The notes beneath the pieces were generated by a model. That model was not told the origin of the DNA. It searched no databases and worked only from the letters and a program-made list of their open reading frames with translations. Positions 55,121-58,134 of a DNA stretch of 58,134 nucleotides are shown here, in pieces (within the stretch, counting starts at the first letter, position 1; each line of letters begins with the position of its first letter). The position numbers and the translations under genes are program-made. Source of the stretch: an uncultured Acidimicrobiia bacterium. Lineage in GTDB: Bacteria; Actinomycetota; Acidimicrobiia; Spongiisociales; ZC4RG35. The stretch lies in contig CAXMPK010000048.1 in the NCBI GenBank assembly GCA_964195405.1, positions 1-58,134 on the forward strand, written 5' to 3'.

Positions 55121-57315
55121 ACCGATTCTGGCGGGTCCGGAATCCCGTCGGCCAGGATCATCGCGATATCGCGAACAGGCACATCATCACGACCCAGTTC
55201 TTTGACACCGTCGTCGAGCATCACGAGGCAGAACGGACAGGCGACTGCGATCTCGTCAGCATCGGTGGCCAGCGCTTCGGAGGCCCGCTCGATATTGACC
55301 TTTTTCCCGGTGTCCTCCTCCATCCAGAATCGAGCACCACCGGCCCCACAACAAAAAGAGCGGGTGCCGTGACGATCCATTTCGATCACCTCGTTGCCAG
55401 ACCCGGCAACGACTTCGCGGGGGGCCAAATAGATGTCATTGTGCCGACCCAGGTAACACGGGTCGTGATAGGCAATCTTCTTTGGCTCACCGTTGTCCTT
55501 CGTCGGTTGATCCACCCTCCCCTGGCGAAGAAGCTCAGCCAAAAGCTGACTGTGGTGGACAACGTCGTATTCGCCACCAAACTGGCGGTATTCGTTGCCA
55601 AGAGTGTTGAAGCAATGAGCACACTGGGTGATGATCTTGGTGACCCCGAGCTCCTCAAAGGTCTCGATGTTCTGGAGAGCCAACTGCTGAAAGACGAACT
55701 CGTTGCCTGAGCGGCGAGCCGGATCACCGCTGCACAATTCGGAACTACCCAAGATGGCGAAGTCGATCTCTGCCCTATGAAGAAGTCGCGCCAAGGAGAC
55801 CGAGACTGCCGTGTTGCGATCGTCGAAAGATCCCGCACAGCCGACAAACCAGAGATACTCGGCGGTGTCCTTCCCATCCTTTCCGAGTATGGGCACCTCG
55901 AAGTCGAGTTCAGAGGTCCAATCTGCCCTGGCCTGCTGGCTCAGACCCCAGGGGTTGGACTGGTTCTCCATGGCAACGAAGGCCTTTCCAAGTTCCGTGG
56001 GGAACTCTGACTCCATCAGGGTCAGATAACGTCGCATATCGAGAATTCGGTCCAGGATTTCGATGTCCACAGGACAGATCTCGTCACAGGCGCGACAAGT
56101 GGTGCATGCGAAAACCTCGTCGGGATGGATCCTGTCAAAGAGGGTGCCGGCACCCTCGATCATTGCTGAGGTTGAAACAGGTGGCGATATTCCAGCCGCG
56201 GCGGCGGCCACTTCACCTGTTTTGAGAACCATCTCTCTGGGGTCGAGCGGCTTGCCGGTGAGGTTGGCAGGACAAACCGATGTGCATCGACCGCACATGG
56301 TGCAGGCGTCGGTGTCGAAGATCTGCTTCCAAGTGAGATCGGTGACAACGCTGGCCCCGATCGTGTCAATGTCTTCAGCCTCTAGAAGGTTTGGCATTTC
56401 TCGCATCGCACCCTTGGGACGATTTCTTGGTGAGAGAAGGAGATTGGTTGGCGACGTGACCATGTGACGCAGCTTGGTAACAGGCAGGATCACCAAGAAC
56501 GCCACGAAGGCAACTGCGTGAGCTACCCAGAAGAAGCGGTGCCAACCGGACGCTGAGCCCTGCTCAAACAGGTTGGAAAGCGGATACCCGACAAACGACC
56601 AAACCTCATGGGCCGGTTGGCCCGCTAGTGAGATGCGGGCTGCCTCCGTCAACAATCCGGTCAAGCCGATAAACGCCAGGACACCGAGAATGACGGAGTC
56701 CTCGGGCTTGCTCTTTGATCGGATTCGCCATTCCGGAATCAGGTATCGACCGACAAATGCGAGGGCGAGGCCACCAAGGAAGACCAGCGCTGCCAGGTCG
56801 AGAATCGCGGAGTAGCCGAGATATACCGAGCCGTGGAGAAACTTCAGACCTGCCGGCATCAGGTGGTCTATTTCAAGAGTTACAGTTCCCAAGAACAGGA
56901 CGAGGAACCCGTAGTAGATGAGCGAGTGCATCACCCCGGCCCTTCGATCACGCATGACCGTCTTCATGGCGAGGCCTTCGCTCAGCCTCTTCAGCCTCTC
57001 ACCCCACAGACCGGTCCGGTCGTCGCTCCGGCCCTGCTGCCAGCTCGCAGCTCGTTGGGCGAAAAGGTGGAACGTCAGCCACAGAAACGCCGCGAGACCG
57101 AAGTAAAACATGACAACAAGTGGCGCCGGAATGTCACCGAAGACCTCGCGACCTACCTCGAAAGGGGGATGCTCGGGAATGGTTCCAAGGAAACCCAGGG
57201 CCAGAGTCCCTACCGCAGCGAGAACGCCGGTGGCCTCGAGGACCTGATCTACAGACGGCCTGGCTGCATGGCTCTCTTCTTGTTCTGTCTCCATCGTCAC
57301 CGACATCGGCGGCAA
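55117..57315 (-). CDS. Membrane-anchored (Fe-S)-binding reductase: N-terminal polytopic domain, two 4Fe-4S motifs and HdrD-like CCG domains
   Basis: About 6 N-terminal TM helices are followed by CTMCGRCTSVCP and CTTCRACDEICP. Cys-rich CCG-type blocks follow (FVGCAGSF..., FCCGAGG). Confidence 0.85.
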   Translation of the reverse strand: MPPMSVTMETEQEESHAARPSVDQVLEATGVLAAVGTLALGFLGTIPEHPPFEVGREVFGDIPAPLVVMFYFGLAAFLWLTFHLFAQRAASWQQGRSDDRTGLWGERLKRLSEGLAMKTVMRDRRAGVMHSLIYYGFLVLFLGTVTLEIDHLMPAGLKFLHGSVYLGYSAILDLAALVFLGGLALAFVGRYLIPEWRIRSKSKPEDSVILGVLAFIGLTGLLTEAARISLAGQPAHEVWSFVGYPLSNLFEQGSASGWHRFFWVAHAVAFVAFLVILPVTKLRHMVTSPTNLLLSPRNRPKGAMREMPNLLEAEDIDTIGASVVTDLTWKQIFDTDACTMCGRCTSVCPANLTGKPLDPREMVLKTGEVAAAAAGISPPVSTSAMIEGAGTLFDRIHPDEVFACTTCRACDEICPVDIEILDRILDMRRYLTLMESEFPTELGKAFVAMENQSNPWGLSQQARADWTSELDFEVPILGKDGKDTAEYLWFVGCAGSFDDRNTAVSVSLARLLHRAEIDFAILGSSELCSGDPARRSGNEFVFQQLALQNIETFEELGVTKIITQCAHCFNTLGNEYRQFGGEYDVVHHSQLLAELLRQGRVDQPTKDNGEPKKIAYHDPCYLGRHNDIYLAPREVVAGSGNEVIEMDRHGTRSFCCGAGGARFWMEEDTGKKVNIERASEALATDADEIAVACPFCLVMLDDGVKELGRDDVPVRDIAMILADGIPDPPESV

Positions 57316-57357
57316 GTTTAGGACTCCCAGCTTCGAGCCAGCCCTCTTATGCAGCCG

Positions 57358-57753
57358 CTACCGAATCTGGCGCCACCGCATGACACCGGCGACCAGTAGC
57401 AGGACCCCAAGGATGGAGAGAGACGGGATGTCCAACCCGGGACTTCCCCCATCGTTGAAACTCAGCAGATGGGAGACCACATGGAGCGATGCCCCAGCTC
57501 CAACTCCGATCAGCCCAGCAACGAGAGCATCGGATGTCACCAATGCGGCCAGCACCAGTGTCAGGCCTAGACCGATCTGAAAGGCTCCAAGATCTTGAAT
57601 GAAATGGGCGTTGTAAGGCTCAAAAAGGGCAATCAAATCGAAGAAAGAAGAAGGACTGATCATCGCCCACACACCCACCGCGAGAAAAAACATTCCCCCG
57701 ATGCCCGCCATCGTCTTGGGAAACCAACCGATTTCTTGGCGTCTTGACTTCAC
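57358..57753 (-). CDS. Hypothetical 4-TM membrane protein
   Basis: 131 aa with coherent TM helices. It overlaps the upstream stop by 4 nt. Confidence 0.6.
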   Translation of the reverse strand: MKSRRQEIGWFPKTMAGIGGMFFLAVGVWAMISPSSFFDLIALFEPYNAHFIQDLGAFQIGLGLTLVLAALVTSDALVAGLIGVGAGASLHVVSHLLSFNDGGSPGLDIPSLSILGVLLLVAGVMRWRQIR

Positions 57754-58112
57754 GCTGGTAGATGGATCTCGATCATCGGAGCCGTCTCGACCAGGTGCTC
57801 GAGTTGGGCCTGAGTCGAATACCAGCGAGTCTGGTGCTGTGTGAAGACTTCCCGACGGAAAACCGGATCAGTCACCACCGATGCGACGGCGTCAATGTCT
57901 GAATCCTTGGTGTGAATGACGATCCGAGGGTCGTTGGCGACGTTTGCCAACCAATCCCGTCGACCTGGAGTGCCGGTGATGACGAACCGATCTCCGACCC
58001 TGAACCACCAGATCTCGATGCGCCGCGCCGAACCCGACTTTCTCCCATAGGTCGTGATGTCGATCGTCTGCTGAGACGCCAACTTGTCAAGCACATCAGG
58101 GCCGAGAACCAT
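57750..58112 (-). CDS. Nitroreductase/deazaflavin-dependent oxidoreductase (DUF385) family protein
   Basis: ITTYGRKSGSARRIEIWWFRVGDRFVITGTPGRRDWLANV is the DUF385/DDN-like signature. Confidence 0.8.
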   Translation of the reverse strand: MVLGPDVLDKLASQQTIDITTYGRKSGSARRIEIWWFRVGDRFVITGTPGRRDWLANVANDPRIVIHTKDSDIDAVASVVTDPVFRREVFTQHQTRWYSTQAQLEHLVETAPMIEIHLPA

Positions 58113-58134
58113 CCCATCAATCTATGACTTCAAC

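Noticed and set aside
1-58134. Search for tRNA/rRNA genes, CRISPR arrays, IS elements, integrases, toxin-antitoxin pairs or defence-island genes
   Set aside because: None was found:
- No T-loop-like GGTTCGAATCC-type sequences sit in the few intergenic gaps.
- No spaced direct repeats occur other than the 15-nt coding repeat.
- No transposase, integrase or defence-type proteins appear among the translations.

The window looks like core chromosome.

Overview
This is a densely coding, high-GC chromosomal segment with about 70 genes and almost no non-coding space. The gene content looks actinobacterial, possibly Acidimicrobiia-like: WhiB, NucS, F420-type LLM and DUF385 enzymes, a ClpS-DUF2017 pair and an XRE/HbhA-like pair. 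All family assignments come from motifs I recognise in the supplied translations; no database search was possible.

The content is mostly housekeeping:
- Bacillus-style ctaB-ctaC-ctaD-ctaE-ctaF-ctaG caa3 cytochrome oxidase operon
- fba, nhaA, greA, mgtE, nadE, glnE, lgt, tag, trmL and nucS
- hsp20 and a rimK-M14 pair
- several transporters and lipoproteins

I saw no rRNA, tRNA, CRISPR array, transposase, integrase or phage genes.

The most interesting signal is selenocysteine recoding, which the ORF track hides. selD carries an in-frame TGA exactly at the active-site GxGCK position, so the track shows only a 5'-truncated ORF. A DUF3179 gene carries an in-frame TGA exactly where the first Cys of its CPLC motif should be. 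Each TGA is followed by a hairpin with a GGUYC apical loop. The DUF3179 gene also has two homopolymer-associated frame breaks, and a DUF1648 gene has one. These are either assembly errors or gene decay.

Other points worth a second look:
- A near-consensus promoter with a 7-5-7 palindrome over its -35 box upstream of hsp20.
- A 9-bp inverted repeat over the -10 box of an apparently leaderless XRE/HbhA-like operon.
- A 15-nt x 9 tandem repeat encoding a KTSAA tail.
- A possible clpS-DUF2017-eRF1-like-nucleotidyltransferase-DUF4332 operon.
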